Shown one piece after another: positions 39,015 to 49,608 of a stretch of DNA of 64,000 nt. Location: the NCBI GenBank assembly GCA_965243205.1, contig CBDEUK010000002.1:1555689-1619688 (forward strand). Direction: 5' to 3'. The position numbers and the translations under genes are program-made. The notes under the pieces were generated by a model, which ran no database searches, was not told the origin of the DNA, and worked only from the letters and a program-made list of their open reading frames with translations. The stretch comes from Gammaproteobacteria bacterium (GTDB lineage: Bacteria > Pseudomonadota > Gammaproteobacteria > Eutrophobiales > Eutrophobiaceae). Within the stretch, counting starts at the first letter, position 1, and each line of letters begins with the position of its first letter.

Positions 39015-40025
39015 ATGGCTATTAAAATAGGCATCAATGGCTATGGCCGTATCGGTCGTAATATTTTACGTGCGTTGTATGAATCGGGCCGCACGGATGA
39101 ATTTGAAATTGTAGCGATTAATGATTTAGGTGACGCAGCAACCAACGCTCACTTGACTCAGTACGATAGTGCTCACGGCAAATTTCCTGGCACTGTCAGT
39201 GTAGACGGTGACTACATGGTAGTTAACGGCGATAAAATTCGTGTGTTGTCAGAACGTGACCCTGCAAAGTTACCTTGGGGCGAATTGGGTGTTGAAGTTG
39301 TTCATGAATCAACTGGTTTTTTTGCTAGCAAAGAAAAAGCCTCTGCTCACTTAGCTGGCGGCGCTAAAAAAGTTATTATCTCAGCACCAGGCGGCTCTGA
39401 TGTTGATGCAACAATTGTCTATGGTGTTAATCAAAACGTATTAACTTCATCTGATACCGTTATCTCCAATGCATCATGTACTACCAACTGTTTAGCACCA
39501 GTGGTTAAAGTACTTCACGATAATATTGGTGTCCAACATGGTGTAATGACCACTATTCATTCTTATACCAATGATCAAGTATTAACCGATGTATTTCACT
39601 CAGATTTACGTCGTGCTCGTTCTGCAACTGAGTCAATGATTCCAACCAAAACAGGGGCGGCAGCGGCAGTAGGATTGGTATTACCTGAACTAAACGGTAA
39701 GTTAGACGGTTTTGCGGTTCGCGTACCAACTATTAATGTATCAATGGTTGACTTAAGTTTTGTTGCTAATCGAGAAACAACAATTGAAGAAATCAATTCA
39801 TTGATGAAAACCGCTGCTGAAGGTGAAATGAAAGGTGTGCTTGCATATAACGATGCACCGTTAGTTTCTATCGACTTTAACCACGATCCTGCTTCATCTA
39901 CTTTTGATGCCGGCATGACTAAGGTAATCGATGGTACTTTAGTAAAAGTGATCGCTTGGTATGATAACGAGTGGGGCTTTTCTAATCGTATGTTGGATAC
40001 CACAAAAGCATTAGTGAATGCATAA
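39015..40025 (+). CDS. Glyceraldehyde-3-phosphate / erythrose-4-phosphate dehydrogenase (Gap/Epd family)
   Basis: [20 protein letters not shown] and [13 protein letters not shown]. The position between tkt and pgk is typical of epd. Confidence 0.9.
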   Translation: MAIKIGINGYGRIGRNILRALYESGRTDEFEIVAINDLGDAATNAHLTQYDSAHGKFPGTVSVDGDYMVVNGDKIRVLSERDPAKLPWGELGVEVVHESTGFFASKEKASAHLAGGAKKVIISAPGGSDVDATIVYGVNQNVLTSSDTVISNASCTTNCLAPVVKVLHDNIGVQHGVMTTIHSYTNDQVLTDVFHSDLRRARSATESMIPTKTGAAAAVGLVLPELNGKLDGFAVRVPTINVSMVDLSFVANRETTIEEINSLMKTAAEGEMKGVLAYNDAPLVSIDFNHDPASSTFDAGMTKVIDGTLVKVIAWYDNEWGFSNRMLDTTKALVNA

Positions 40026-40041
40026 TTTATAGGCCAACATC

Positions 40042-41247
40042 ATGTTTACTCATAGCAACAGCTTAGATTTAGGTAATAAAAAAGTTTTAATCCGCGTTGA
40101 TTTCAATGTGCCTTTAAAAGATGGGGTGATTGAAGATGACACACGAATTAAAGCCTGCTTACCCATTATCAATCAGTGTTTAGAAGCTGGTGCCAAAGTA
40201 ATGTTAATGTCACATCTTGGTCGTCCAACTGAAGGCGAATATGAAGAAAAATATTCTCTTGCACCAGTCGCTAATTATTTAAGTGACCTGTTAGACCGTG
40301 ATGTTGCACTTATTAAAGACTGGTTAGATAAAGACAGCAGCACGTTTCCAGATATCGCGTTAATGGAAAATGTGCGCTTCGAAGTTGGCGAGAAGGCAAA
40401 CGATGATGATCTAGCTCGGAAAATGGCTAACCTATGCGATGTCTTTATTAATGATGCATTTGCAACAGCACATCGTGCTCAAGCATCGACACATGGCGTC
40501 GCAAAATATTCTCCGCGTGCATGTGGTGGCCCGCTACTGGTCGCTGAAGTTGAAGCCTTATCCAAAGCCTTAGCAGATCCACAAAAACCTATGGTAGCAG
40601 TGGTTGGTGGCTCTAAAGTTTCAACTAAATTAACCATCCTCAGTGCTTTATCAGATAAGGTTGACCAATTAATTGTCGGTGGTGGCATCGCTAATACCTT
40701 TTTAAAAGCGGCAGGCTACAACATTGGTAAATCGTTATACGAAAAAGATTTAGTTGATGATGCTAAAGAAATCATCGAAAAAATTAAAGCCAAAGGCGGT
40801 GAGTTGCCGTTACCTTGGGATGTGGTTTGTGCTACAGAATTTTCTGAAGAGGCCAAAGCAACAACCAAAGGTATTAATGAAGTAGAAGACGATGATTTAA
40901 TTTTAGATGTAGGCCCTGAAACCAGTAAACATTTGGATAAGTTATTATCCGAAGCCAAAACCATTGTTTGGAACGGTCCATTAGGTGTTTTCGAGTTTGA
41001 ACAATTTTCTGCAGGGACCAAAGCATTAGGAGAATCGATTGCAAACAGTGATGCATTCTCAATTGCAGGCGGTGGTGACACATTATCGGCGATTTCAAAA
41101 TTTAATCTAACCGATCAAATTTCATATATATCTACTGCAGGCGGTGCTTTTTTAGAATTTCTAGAAGGCAAAGAACTACCAGCCATCGCTATCTTGGAAG
41201 AGTCAGCACGTGCTTGGGAAGCTATGGAACGTGCTCGAGAATATTAG
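40042..41247 (+). CDS. pgk: Phosphoglycerate kinase
   Basis: [13 protein letters not shown] and a C-terminal GGGDT-like ATP site ([10 protein letters not shown]). Confidence 0.95.
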   Translation: MFTHSNSLDLGNKKVLIRVDFNVPLKDGVIEDDTRIKACLPIINQCLEAGAKVMLMSHLGRPTEGEYEEKYSLAPVANYLSDLLDRDVALIKDWLDKDSSTFPDIALMENVRFEVGEKANDDDLARKMANLCDVFINDAFATAHRAQASTHGVAKYSPRACGGPLLVAEVEALSKALADPQKPMVAVVGGSKVSTKLTILSALSDKVDQLIVGGGIANTFLKAAGYNIGKSLYEKDLVDDAKEIIEKIKAKGGELPLPWDVVCATEFSEEAKATTKGINEVEDDDLILDVGPETSKHLDKLLSEAKTIVWNGPLGVFEFEQFSAGTKALGESIANSDAFSIAGGGDTLSAISKFNLTDQISYISTAGGAFLEFLEGKELPAIAILEESARAWEAMERAREY

Positions 41248-41286
41248 TTAAGGATTATTACGTTAAGAGGTTTAATTACACTTTAA

Positions 41287-42729
41287 ATGAGAAGAACAAA
41301 AATTATTGCTACTTTGGGACCTGCGACGGATGATCCTAAAGTATTAGAAAAGTTATTTGATTATGGTCTTGATGTTGTACGTCTAAACTATTCTCACTCT
41401 AGTCACGAAGACCATGAACGACGTTTAAACGAAGTTCGTGCTTTATCCGAAAAACGCCATCATGCTGTTGGTGTTATTGCAGATTTACAAGGTCCTAAAA
41501 TTCGTATTCAACGTTTTGGCTCTGGAAAGATTGCTTTAAAAGAAGGCGATCCGTTTACCTTCGATATTGATCTGGCAGAAAACGATGGGGACACCGAACA
41601 CGTTGGCGTTAGTTATAAAGCCCTACCAAAAGATGTAAAACCAGGCGATGTGATCTTACTCGATGATGGTCGCGTCGAAGTATTGGTCAAAGAAGTGAAT
41701 GATCATGAAGTAAAATGTAATGTGATTACTGGTGGTGAGCTGTCCGACCGTAAAGGCATGAATTTACGTGGTGGGGGTTTATCTGCTGCTTCATTAACCG
41801 ATAAAGACAAAGCCGATCTTAAACATGCAATTAAAATCGGTGCTGACTTTATTGCAGTATCATTCGTACGCAGTGCTGAAGACATCCATGAAGCGAGAAA
41901 ACTAATCGCTGATGAAGGTAGCTCAGCCAGCATCATCGCTAAAATCGAACGTTCCGAATCTTTAGATTGCATTGAATCGATTATAGAAGCTTCAGACGTC
42001 ATCATGATTGCTCGTGGTGATTTAGGCGTAGAAATTGGCGATGCCAGTCTACCTCCAGTACAAAAACAATTGATCAAACTCGCAAGAGAAATGGATCGAG
42101 GTACGATTACCGCTACACAAATGATGGAATCTATGATTTCTTCACCAATTCCAACTCGTGCTGAGGTATTTGACGTCGCAAATGCGGTACTTGATGGTAG
42201 CGATGCGGTGATGTTATCGGGTGAAACCAGTGTCGGTAAACATCCACACAAAGTAGTCGAAGCAATGGCTCGGATCTGTGAAGAAACTGAAAAACAACGC
42301 ATGACACGAGTTTCCGACCATCGTATCAATCAACGCTTTGAATCCATTGGTGAAGCCATTGCTATGTCATCAATGTATGCAGCCAATCATATTGGTGCCA
42401 AAGCCATCGCGGCTTTGACGGAATCTGGTGCTACTTGTGTTTGGATGTCACGTATCAGCTCTGGGATTCCTATTTTTGCATTCACACGCCATGAAGCCAG
42501 TCGCCGTAAGGCAACCTTGTACCGAGGCGTTTATCCAGTAAAATTTGATATCACCCATACCGATCCACTCGAAGCCAATAAAGAAATCATTGAAATTCTA
42601 ATGGAAAAGAAAGTACTCGAAGAAGGTGACGTTGTTATTATTACCAAAGGTGATTTACGTGGAACACGTGGAAAAACCAATAATATGAAGATAATTCGGG
42701 TCGGAGAAGCGATCGAACACACACTTTGA
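41287..42729 (+). CDS. pyk: Pyruvate kinase
   Basis: RRTKIIATLGPA and the IMIARGDLGVEI signature. Confidence 0.95.
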   Translation: MRRTKIIATLGPATDDPKVLEKLFDYGLDVVRLNYSHSSHEDHERRLNEVRALSEKRHHAVGVIADLQGPKIRIQRFGSGKIALKEGDPFTFDIDLAENDGDTEHVGVSYKALPKDVKPGDVILLDDGRVEVLVKEVNDHEVKCNVITGGELSDRKGMNLRGGGLSAASLTDKDKADLKHAIKIGADFIAVSFVRSAEDIHEARKLIADEGSSASIIAKIERSESLDCIESIIEASDVIMIARGDLGVEIGDASLPPVQKQLIKLAREMDRGTITATQMMESMISSPIPTRAEVFDVANAVLDGSDAVMLSGETSVGKHPHKVVEAMARICEETEKQRMTRVSDHRINQRFESIGEAIAMSSMYAANHIGAKAIAALTESGATCVWMSRISSGIPIFAFTRHEASRRKATLYRGVYPVKFDITHTDPLEANKEIIEILMEKKVLEEGDVVIITKGDLRGTRGKTNNMKIIRVGEAIEHTL

Positions 42730-42900
42730 AGAAAAAGTCATAGAATTTAAATATTCAAATATTACAATCGTTTACTATACTGATTTAAAAAAATACTAAT
42801 GCGACTAAAGGAATAGCCAACAAACACTCCAACTAGTAATCAATCGGCGGTTTTGTTTTCCGCCCAAAGTTACATACTGATTAATTAATTGAGGAAAAAA

Positions 42901-43929
42901 ATGAGCGCGCAAGAACTTGAACAAACTGCCAAAGCAATGGTTGCTCCAGGTAAAGGTATCCTGGCTATTGATGAAAGCTTCCCAAGCATTAAGAAACGTT
43001 TTGACAGCATTAACATTGAATCAAACGAAGAAAATCGTCGAGCCTACCGTGATTTACTAATCACTAACCCTGGTTGCTCTGAATTTGTAAGTGGCATGAT
43101 CCTTTTTGATGAGACCATTCGTCAATCAACCGCAGATGGCACTCCATTCCCAAAAGCACTTATCGACCAAGGTATTATGCCAGGAATTAAAGTCGATACA
43201 GGCGCAAAAGATTTAGCTGGCCGTCCAGGTGAAAAAGTTACTGAAGGTTTAGATGGTTTGCGTGAACGCTTAGCAGAGTATAAAGAACTCGGCGCTAAAT
43301 TCGCTAAATGGCGCGCAGTTATTACCATTGGCGAAGGTATTCCTTCTCGCGGTTGTATCGAAGCCAATGCTCATGCACTAGCTCGCTACGCTGCTCTTTG
43401 CCAAGAAGCAGGTATAGTTCCAATGGTTGAGCCTGAGGTTTTAATGGATGCCGATAACACCATTGATACTTGTTATGATGTAACCAGCGCAACCTTAGAA
43501 ACCTTATTCAATCAATTACGATTACAAAATGTGGCCTTAGAACACACCATCTTAAAAACCAATATGGTTGTTTCAGGCAAACAATGTCCTAGCCAAGCTG
43601 GTGTACAAGAAGTCGCTGATAAAACCATTAAGTGTTTATTAAATTCAGTACCAGCTACTGTTCCTGGTATTGTGTTCTTATCAGGCGGCCAAGCTTCTGC
43701 TACTGCAACAGCACACTTGAATGCTATGAACGCAACATATAAAAACTTGCCTTGGCCAGTTAGCTTTTCTTATGGACGTGCTCTACAAGAAGATTGCTTA
43801 AAAACCTGGGGCGGTGATGCAGCTAAAGTTGCAGAAGCACAAAAAGTATTATTACATCGTGAAAAATGTAATAGCCTAGCCTGCTCAGGCGATTACAGCG
43901 ACTCACTAGAAAAAGTTGCTGCTGCTTAA
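42901..43929 (+). CDS. fba: Fructose-bisphosphate aldolase, class I
   Basis: GKGILAIDES and a Schiff-base lysine region. The start is trimmed to the ATG preceded by GAGG. Confidence 0.85.
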   Translation: MSAQELEQTAKAMVAPGKGILAIDESFPSIKKRFDSINIESNEENRRAYRDLLITNPGCSEFVSGMILFDETIRQSTADGTPFPKALIDQGIMPGIKVDTGAKDLAGRPGEKVTEGLDGLRERLAEYKELGAKFAKWRAVITIGEGIPSRGCIEANAHALARYAALCQEAGIVPMVEPEVLMDADNTIDTCYDVTSATLETLFNQLRLQNVALEHTILKTNMVVSGKQCPSQAGVQEVADKTIKCLLNSVPATVPGIVFLSGGQASATATAHLNAMNATYKNLPWPVSFSYGRALQEDCLKTWGGDAAKVAEAQKVLLHREKCNSLACSGDYSDSLEKVAAA

Positions 43930-44105
43930 AACTGAATAACTCAAGGAAACACTGAAAACGTTATCGAGGCAGTTAATAAGAGGCAAACAGCTACGAAAAG
44001 AGGGAGTTTATAAATTATAAATGACCGATTTTGAGTAGATGTTTAACGAAGTAATGACAACGTAGATAGTTTTCTGTGTTTTTTTGTTATAGTTAAATTC
44101 TTAGG

Positions 44106-44136
44106 ATGCCCTGCTTAGCCAGGGCATTTTTTTGTT
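44106..44136 (+). terminator. Rho-independent terminator
   Basis: ATGCCCTG-CTTAGC-CAGGGCAT hairpin followed by TTTTTTTGTTT. Confidence 0.6.
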
Positions 44137-44155
44137 TGATATGTGGGGATGTTAA

Positions 44156-44428
44156 ATGTCTGATAATCTGAATAACCTTTCTGAACAAGCTCAAGCTGCC
44201 TTAGAAGCGTATAAAAAAATGTCAGAAAGTAAGCGAGCTTACTTTTCTGTTTTACAAGCAATCGACGTTAAGTATAAAGATGGCGGCAATGCCACTGAAG
44301 AAGAAGAAAAAAAACTGGGCGATTTATTATTGGAACATGATAAGTGTGTCACTGCATTTAACGAAAAAATGGAAAAAGTAACAGATGGAGATGATCGTAT
44401 TGCTTTGATTAAATGTATGAGTGCTTAA
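44156..44428 (+). CDS. Small acidic hypothetical protein (90 aa)
   Basis: ORF only. Preceded by a terminator and a plausible RBS. No motif recognised. Confidence 0.3.
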   Translation: MSDNLNNLSEQAQAALEAYKKMSESKRAYFSVLQAIDVKYKDGGNATEEEEKKLGDLLLEHDKCVTAFNEKMEKVTDGDDRIALIKCMSA

Positions 44429-44451
44429 ATACTGTTTATACACATAACAAA

Positions 44452-45177
44452 CTAACGTTTAATAATCTTATGTAATCGCTTAGAACCATGTGCATCATGA
44501 AACATGGTTGTTGAATTATCTTTAAAAAACCAAATTAAGATCATACCTGCAATAAAACCACCTATATGCGCAAACCACGCAACACCACCTTCTTCTGCAT
44601 TGGACATTAAGGAACTGCCTATTTGAATAGCAAACCAAACACCTAACACCAGCATTGCTGGAAGTCTTAATAACAACGGATAAAAACCCAAAGGTATTAC
44701 GACTAAAACTCTAGCTTTAGGGTAGATCAATAAATAAGCACCTAACACACCAGATATAGCACCACTAGCACCTATCATAGGAATAACTGATTCAGGATTA
44801 TGTAAGACTTGTCCAAATACCGCAGCAAAACCACATAAGAAGTAAAAAATTATAAATTTAATATGCCCCATTGAATCTTCAATATTGTTTCCAAAGATCC
44901 ATAGATAGAGCATATTACCTGCAAGATGCATAAAACCACCATGCATAAACATAGAAGTAAGCATGGTTAATTCAGCAGGTAAAAAATATAGCTCTGGGGA
45001 TAATTGAGATTTATCTAATAAGACAGCAGGTATAACACCCAAACTCATGATCATTCGTTGACTACCATCAGAACCAAGTGATAGCTGCCATAAAAAAACC
45101 AGAACGCAGATTACAATAAAGAATATTGTAATAACGGGTTTTATATGTGTCGGGTTATCATCATGTAGTGGGATCAT
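44452..45177 (-). CDS. Rhomboid-family intramembrane serine protease
   Basis: GASGAISGVLGAY (catalytic Ser) and AHIGGFIAG (catalytic His). About 6 TM helices. Confidence 0.8.
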   Translation of the reverse strand: MIPLHDDNPTHIKPVITIFFIVICVLVFLWQLSLGSDGSQRMIMSLGVIPAVLLDKSQLSPELYFLPAELTMLTSMFMHGGFMHLAGNMLYLWIFGNNIEDSMGHIKFIIFYFLCGFAAVFGQVLHNPESVIPMIGASGAISGVLGAYLLIYPKARVLVVIPLGFYPLLLRLPAMLVLGVWFAIQIGSSLMSNAEEGGVAWFAHIGGFIAGMILIWFFKDNSTTMFHDAHGSKRLHKIIKR

Positions 45178-45198
45178 GATTCCTTTCTATGTACTACA

Positions 45199-46095
45199 TT
45201 AAGTAACGTTTAATACTAATCTGTTATAGGCTTCTTGATATTTAAGCGCGGTGTTATGAATAACATCTTGCGGTAATGCAGGGCCTGGAGCTGTTTTATT
45301 CCAGTCCAAAGTTTCTAAATAATCACGAACATATTGTTTGTCATAGCTTGGAGGACTGATGCCAACTTCATAAGAGCTAACTGGCCAAAACCTTGATGAG
45401 TCCGGTGTTAGAATTTCATCCATTAATACTAAGTCATCGTTTTCATCTAAACCGAACTCAAATTTTGTATCCGCAATAATAATACCTTTTTGCAAAGCAA
45501 ATTCAGCAGCTATTTCATAAAGTTTAATACTCACTTCTTTAATTTGATTCGCTAAATCTTCTCCAATTAGCTCAACTGTTTTTTCAAAGCTAATGTTTTC
45601 ATCATGATCGCCAATCTCAGCTTTAGTTGAAGGAGTATAAATAGTTTCTGGAAGTTTTTGAGCTTGTTGTAATCCTACTGGTAACTTTAAGCCACAAATT
45701 GTTCCGTTTTGTTGATAATCCTTCCAACCAGAACCAATAATGTAACCACGGACTATCGCTTCAACCGGTAACGCTTTGAGTTTTTTTACGATGATAGTTC
45801 GATCTTCTAATAAAAATCTATCTGCTTCATCCTGAATCACATCTGTTAACTGTAGATCCGATAAATGGTTTTTGACTAAGTTTTTAGATTTATCAAACCA
45901 AAAATTAGAAATAGCAGTTAAGACAATCCCCTTACGTGGAATAGGATCAGGTAATACCACATCAAACGCTGACAACCGATCAGTCGTCACTATCATCATG
46001 TGTTGTTCATCAATACTAAAAATATCCCTAACCTTGCCACGATATTGCAACGATAGAGAATTGAGTTGAGCTTCGAATACTGTTTCTTGGGTCAT
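45199..46095 (-). CDS. purC: SAICAR synthetase
   Basis: LYRGKVRDIF...ADTKFEFG. Confidence 0.9.
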   Translation of the reverse strand: MTQETVFEAQLNSLSLQYRGKVRDIFSIDEQHMMIVTTDRLSAFDVVLPDPIPRKGIVLTAISNFWFDKSKNLVKNHLSDLQLTDVIQDEADRFLLEDRTIIVKKLKALPVEAIVRGYIIGSGWKDYQQNGTICGLKLPVGLQQAQKLPETIYTPSTKAEIGDHDENISFEKTVELIGEDLANQIKEVSIKLYEIAAEFALQKGIIIADTKFEFGLDENDDLVLMDEILTPDSSRFWPVSSYEVGISPPSYDKQYVRDYLETLDWNKTAPGPALPQDVIHNTALKYQEAYNRLVLNVT

Positions 46096-46266
46096 CGAGA
46101 TATTCTAAAATACATTATTATTATTTTGGCTATTTTTACACAGATGAATCCATACCACCATCTGCAGTAAATAAATTCTTGTCATTTACAAAATTAAACT
46201 CATAGTTTTTCATAACATAGTTAATGTTGTAACCTATCTTAATAATCACTAATCAATTCGTAAATA

Positions 46267-46665
46267 ATGAAACGACCAAACCCAACACGTGGCATGCACC
46301 ATGTTGCTCTTAATGTAAAAGACCTAGCAGCCTCAGAATACTTTTATGTGAATTTAATTGGAATGGAAGTCGAATGGCGGCCCGATGAAGACAATGTTTA
46401 TCTTTGCTCAGGCAATGATAATCTTGCAATTCATAAAATTCCGGTTGATGATAATTTTGAAAAATCTCAACGTTTGGATCACATTGGTTTCATCTTAAAA
46501 ACAATAGACGATGTAGACGACTGGTATGAGTTTTTACTGGCTAATAATATCAAAATGAAAACGAAACCACGGACTCATCGTGATGGTGCCAGAAGTTTTT
46601 ATTGTTATGACCCTGAAGGTACGGTAGTACAAATGATTTATCACCCACCTTTAGAACATTTATAA
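46267..46665 (+). CDS. VOC/glyoxalase-family protein
   Basis: MHHVALNVKDL...DHIGF motifs. 132 aa. Confidence 0.65.
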   Translation: MKRPNPTRGMHHVALNVKDLAASEYFYVNLIGMEVEWRPDEDNVYLCSGNDNLAIHKIPVDDNFEKSQRLDHIGFILKTIDDVDDWYEFLLANNIKMKTKPRTHRDGARSFYCYDPEGTVVQMIYHPPLEHL

Positions 46666-46666
46666 A

Positions 46667-47500
46667 TTAATTACCAAATAATTTTTCGCTTCCTTGCCAT
46701 TGTTCGATCCAGCAACAACGGTGGTCAAAATCTGTTTTGATAATTAACTCAACATTTTTAGGATTACCTAGTTTTTCCACATATTGTTGCACAACGACTG
46801 GCGGGACGATTTTATCCTTTGCTCCTGCAAAATGAATTTGCTCCACCATTGATAATCGCTTATCGCTAGCGGGATTTAGAGAAGATTTCATTGGCAATAA
46901 AGAATGATAATCCGTCCATGTTTGTAAATCTAAATTAGCTGCAATGGTAATTAACCTTGAAACATCTTTTCTTCTAGCCGCTAAATGAGCCGCGATATTT
47001 CCTCCTCCAGAATACCCCACTAAAACAAATTCTTTAATTGCTGATTGTCGCTGCAACTGACCAAGAATTTCTTCATACGCATCAATTACTTCTTCTGAGT
47101 AACGATGGGACGTCCAATACTTTTGTTCACATCGCTCTAACTGTGATTTCGATAAGTATTGACAAGGTCTAGCAAGATAAACAACCGAAGAAGCTGGCTC
47201 TCTCTCAGCTAATTGAAGCGTGAAATAATCAATTGGTGTTGGATTTTTTGAAGGCCTATTACGTTTTTTATAAGCCAATCCATCACCTTCAATATAGATA
47301 GCAACCGCTCCATTATTATCATTGAGGCCTTTAGAAGCAGCCCAAATAGTAAATTGATTCGTTTTTATTTGTTGAACCGAAAAACCCGATTGAACTGCGA
47401 ACTCCTCTGAATTCGATTTCCTGATTGCAGGATCGAGTCGGGCACATGAAAACATACCTACAAGAAAAAGTAGACTTAGATAAAAAACTAGTTTATGCAT
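46667..47500 (-). CDS. Alpha/beta-hydrolase lipoprotein
   Basis: Signal peptide with a lipobox-like GMFSCA. Nucleophile elbow GYSGGG. Confidence 0.5.
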   Translation of the reverse strand: MHKLVFYLSLLFLVGMFSCARLDPAIRKSNSEEFAVQSGFSVQQIKTNQFTIWAASKGLNDNNGAVAIYIEGDGLAYKKRNRPSKNPTPIDYFTLQLAEREPASSVVYLARPCQYLSKSQLERCEQKYWTSHRYSEEVIDAYEEILGQLQRQSAIKEFVLVGYSGGGNIAAHLAARRKDVSRLITIAANLDLQTWTDYHSLLPMKSSLNPASDKRLSMVEQIHFAGAKDKIVPPVVVQQYVEKLGNPKNVELIIKTDFDHRCCWIEQWQGSEKLFGN

Positions 47501-47573
47501 AAAAAATCATTATAATTCAAATAATAATAATTGATAATTCACTAATATTATTAAGTATAGTTCGGGGAAGGCT

Positions 47574-48731
47574 ATGTTTTTAAAACAATTTTTTGTATTT
47601 CTAATCATTATAATTAGCTCTCATTTCGCTAATGCTGGAACGGGTCCAGCACCACCAAGCTTACCTAGCGAACAACAAGATATTATAGATAGCTGTGTAA
47701 GTAACGGCAGTGCCTTAGGCCTCAACAACACACAAATTGATGCCCTATGTCCCGCCACAACCGACGGGTTACAGTGGACTGTAGAAAGACTTAACCAACC
47801 TACCAATACTTTTTCTTCAAACTTACCATTTAATTCTGGTTCTGCAGCTAGTTCGGATCCAGATCGCCAGGAACAAACATTGGGAGCATTGCTCTATGGT
47901 AAAGAAGCAGGGGTAAACGCAGGTTCTTTCTTAAATAGTATCAATGTTTGGGGATCAGCCTCTAAATCTTCATCAGAGTATTCATTAGTACCTACAGAAT
48001 CAGATACGGGGAATGCGATGATTGGAGCCCACACATCAATTGGTGAAACGGGTTTAATTGGACTGAGTTTTGGTATTGCAGGCACGGATGTGAAAACGGC
48101 CTACAACACTGGCGAACAAAATTTAAAAGACTACAGTTTTGCTGCTTATATAGGCACGATGATCACCGACAATATCAGCGTCGGTGCAAACGGTGGGGTA
48201 TCTTTTAGAGATATAGAGCAATTTAGAACTGGTGTTGGGGGTACGACAGCCTTCACTATTGGCGAGACAGTTAATTCTAGTACTGACAGTGATACCTGGT
48301 TTATTTCTGGTAGTATTGATGGTTTTTGGGAGTTTGATGCCTTCGTATTTGGCGCACATTCAAGTATCTTCTATTCAGAAGAAGAAGTGGATGGCTTTAC
48401 TGAAACTGGAGCAACTTCGAACGCAACGGCTGCAGTAGCAAGTCGCGATATTGATACTGGTTTATTTCGTATCGGCTTTGATATTGGATATGCTAAACCG
48501 AAAGTATTTGAACCATATATTGGTGTAGCGTATTTAAATTATTTCGAACAACCTGAAATTACGGTTTTATCTTCAACAGCAGCTGATACTGACGACGATG
48601 AATTCCTTGCTAGTGCGGGCATCCGATTCTTTGGTGAGACTATCTCAGGCTCGGTTTCCTGGAATCGAAATTTCAGTCGCGACTTTCTCGATTACGATTC
48701 TTTGAATTTACTGTTTTCTGTCGATTTATAA
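47574..48731 (+). CDS. Secreted / outer-membrane protein, possible beta-barrel
   Basis: Signal peptide MFLKQFFVFLIIIISSHFANA. Gly/Ser/Thr-rich alternating pattern. No family recognised. Confidence 0.4.
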   Translation: MFLKQFFVFLIIIISSHFANAGTGPAPPSLPSEQQDIIDSCVSNGSALGLNNTQIDALCPATTDGLQWTVERLNQPTNTFSSNLPFNSGSAASSDPDRQEQTLGALLYGKEAGVNAGSFLNSINVWGSASKSSSEYSLVPTESDTGNAMIGAHTSIGETGLIGLSFGIAGTDVKTAYNTGEQNLKDYSFAAYIGTMITDNISVGANGGVSFRDIEQFRTGVGGTTAFTIGETVNSSTDSDTWFISGSIDGFWEFDAFVFGAHSSIFYSEEEVDGFTETGATSNATAAVASRDIDTGLFRIGFDIGYAKPKVFEPYIGVAYLNYFEQPEITVLSSTAADTDDDEFLASAGIRFFGETISGSVSWNRNFSRDFLDYDSLNLLFSVDL

Positions 48732-48740
48732 TTTGAATAA

Positions 48741-48765
48741 AAAGGCCCAAAGCGGGCCTTTTTCG
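48741..48765 (+). terminator. Rho-independent terminator
   Basis: GGCCC-AAAGC-GGGCC followed by TTTTT. Confidence 0.6.
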
Positions 48766-48875
48766 CATTTAGAGAATTATTATTAAACCAATCTCGATAT
48801 TACTCATCATATAAACTATAACAATAGATATCCCATAGGTTTTTAAAAACATTAGAAACAATTAGGAATAAAACT

Positions 48876-49556
48876 ATGTTTAACAAATTATCAAATAATT
48901 TATTAATTGCTCTTTTCTTGGCTTTTATCAGCTCTTCAATATTCGCCTTAGAACCAGCGGGTAAAATCGATAGCATGAAAGGCGATGTTAAAGCTCTACT
49001 AGATGGAGAAACTCGAACCTTATCCAAAGGCGATGAAGTTTTTCCCAATGATCAAATCATTACAGAAAAAAAATCGATTGCTGAAATAAAATTTGTCGAT
49101 GAGTCAAATTTTATTTTAGGGCCTGATTCAGAATTTAAGATCGATAAGTTTTCATACAACCAACCCGAAAAAGAAAACAGCTTTTCGACTAAATTGGTCA
49201 AAGGCACATTTCGTTTCGTCACTGGCTTAATCGCTCGCTATAAACCTGACACCATGCAAGTCAGCACAGCTGTTGCGACCATTGGTATACGGGGCACTGA
49301 AGTGGCAGTTGAAGCAGACGCAACTTCAGCAACCATCGTTTTAGAACAACCTGAAGATAAAAATAAAAAGACCGCTATTGAAGTATCCAATGAATATGGT
49401 TCGGTTTTAATTGATGAGCCGGGTTATGGAACCGAAATCCCTGATCAATTCAGTCCTCCGTCTCCTGCCCGTAGAATGCGTTTACGTACTATTGAAAACG
49501 TGATGCGTTCATTACAAAACATTCAACGAGTCAATATTCCTCGACCTGTTAGATAA
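48876..49556 (+). CDS. Secreted FecR-domain protein
   Basis: Signal peptide plus a FecR-like core (GDVKALLDGETRTLSKGDEVFPNDQIIT...ILGPDSEFKID). Confidence 0.5.
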   Translation: MFNKLSNNLLIALFLAFISSSIFALEPAGKIDSMKGDVKALLDGETRTLSKGDEVFPNDQIITEKKSIAEIKFVDESNFILGPDSEFKIDKFSYNQPEKENSFSTKLVKGTFRFVTGLIARYKPDTMQVSTAVATIGIRGTEVAVEADATSATIVLEQPEDKNKKTAIEVSNEYGSVLIDEPGYGTEIPDQFSPPSPARRMRLRTIENVMRSLQNIQRVNIPRPVR

Positions 49557-49577
49557 AATAGTAATTTATGGAAAAAA

Positions 49578-49608
49578 CTAAAAACGGGGCTAATGCCCCG
49601 TTTTTTAT
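49578..49608. terminator. Bidirectional rho-independent terminator
   Basis: AAAAA-CGGGGC-TAAT-GCCCCG-TTTTTT. Confidence 0.65.

Noticed and set aside
47574-48731. An autotransporter call for the 385-aa secreted protein
   Set aside because: No passenger-domain motifs were seen and the C-terminus does not end with the canonical aromatic residue. The call is left as a generic secreted or OM protein.
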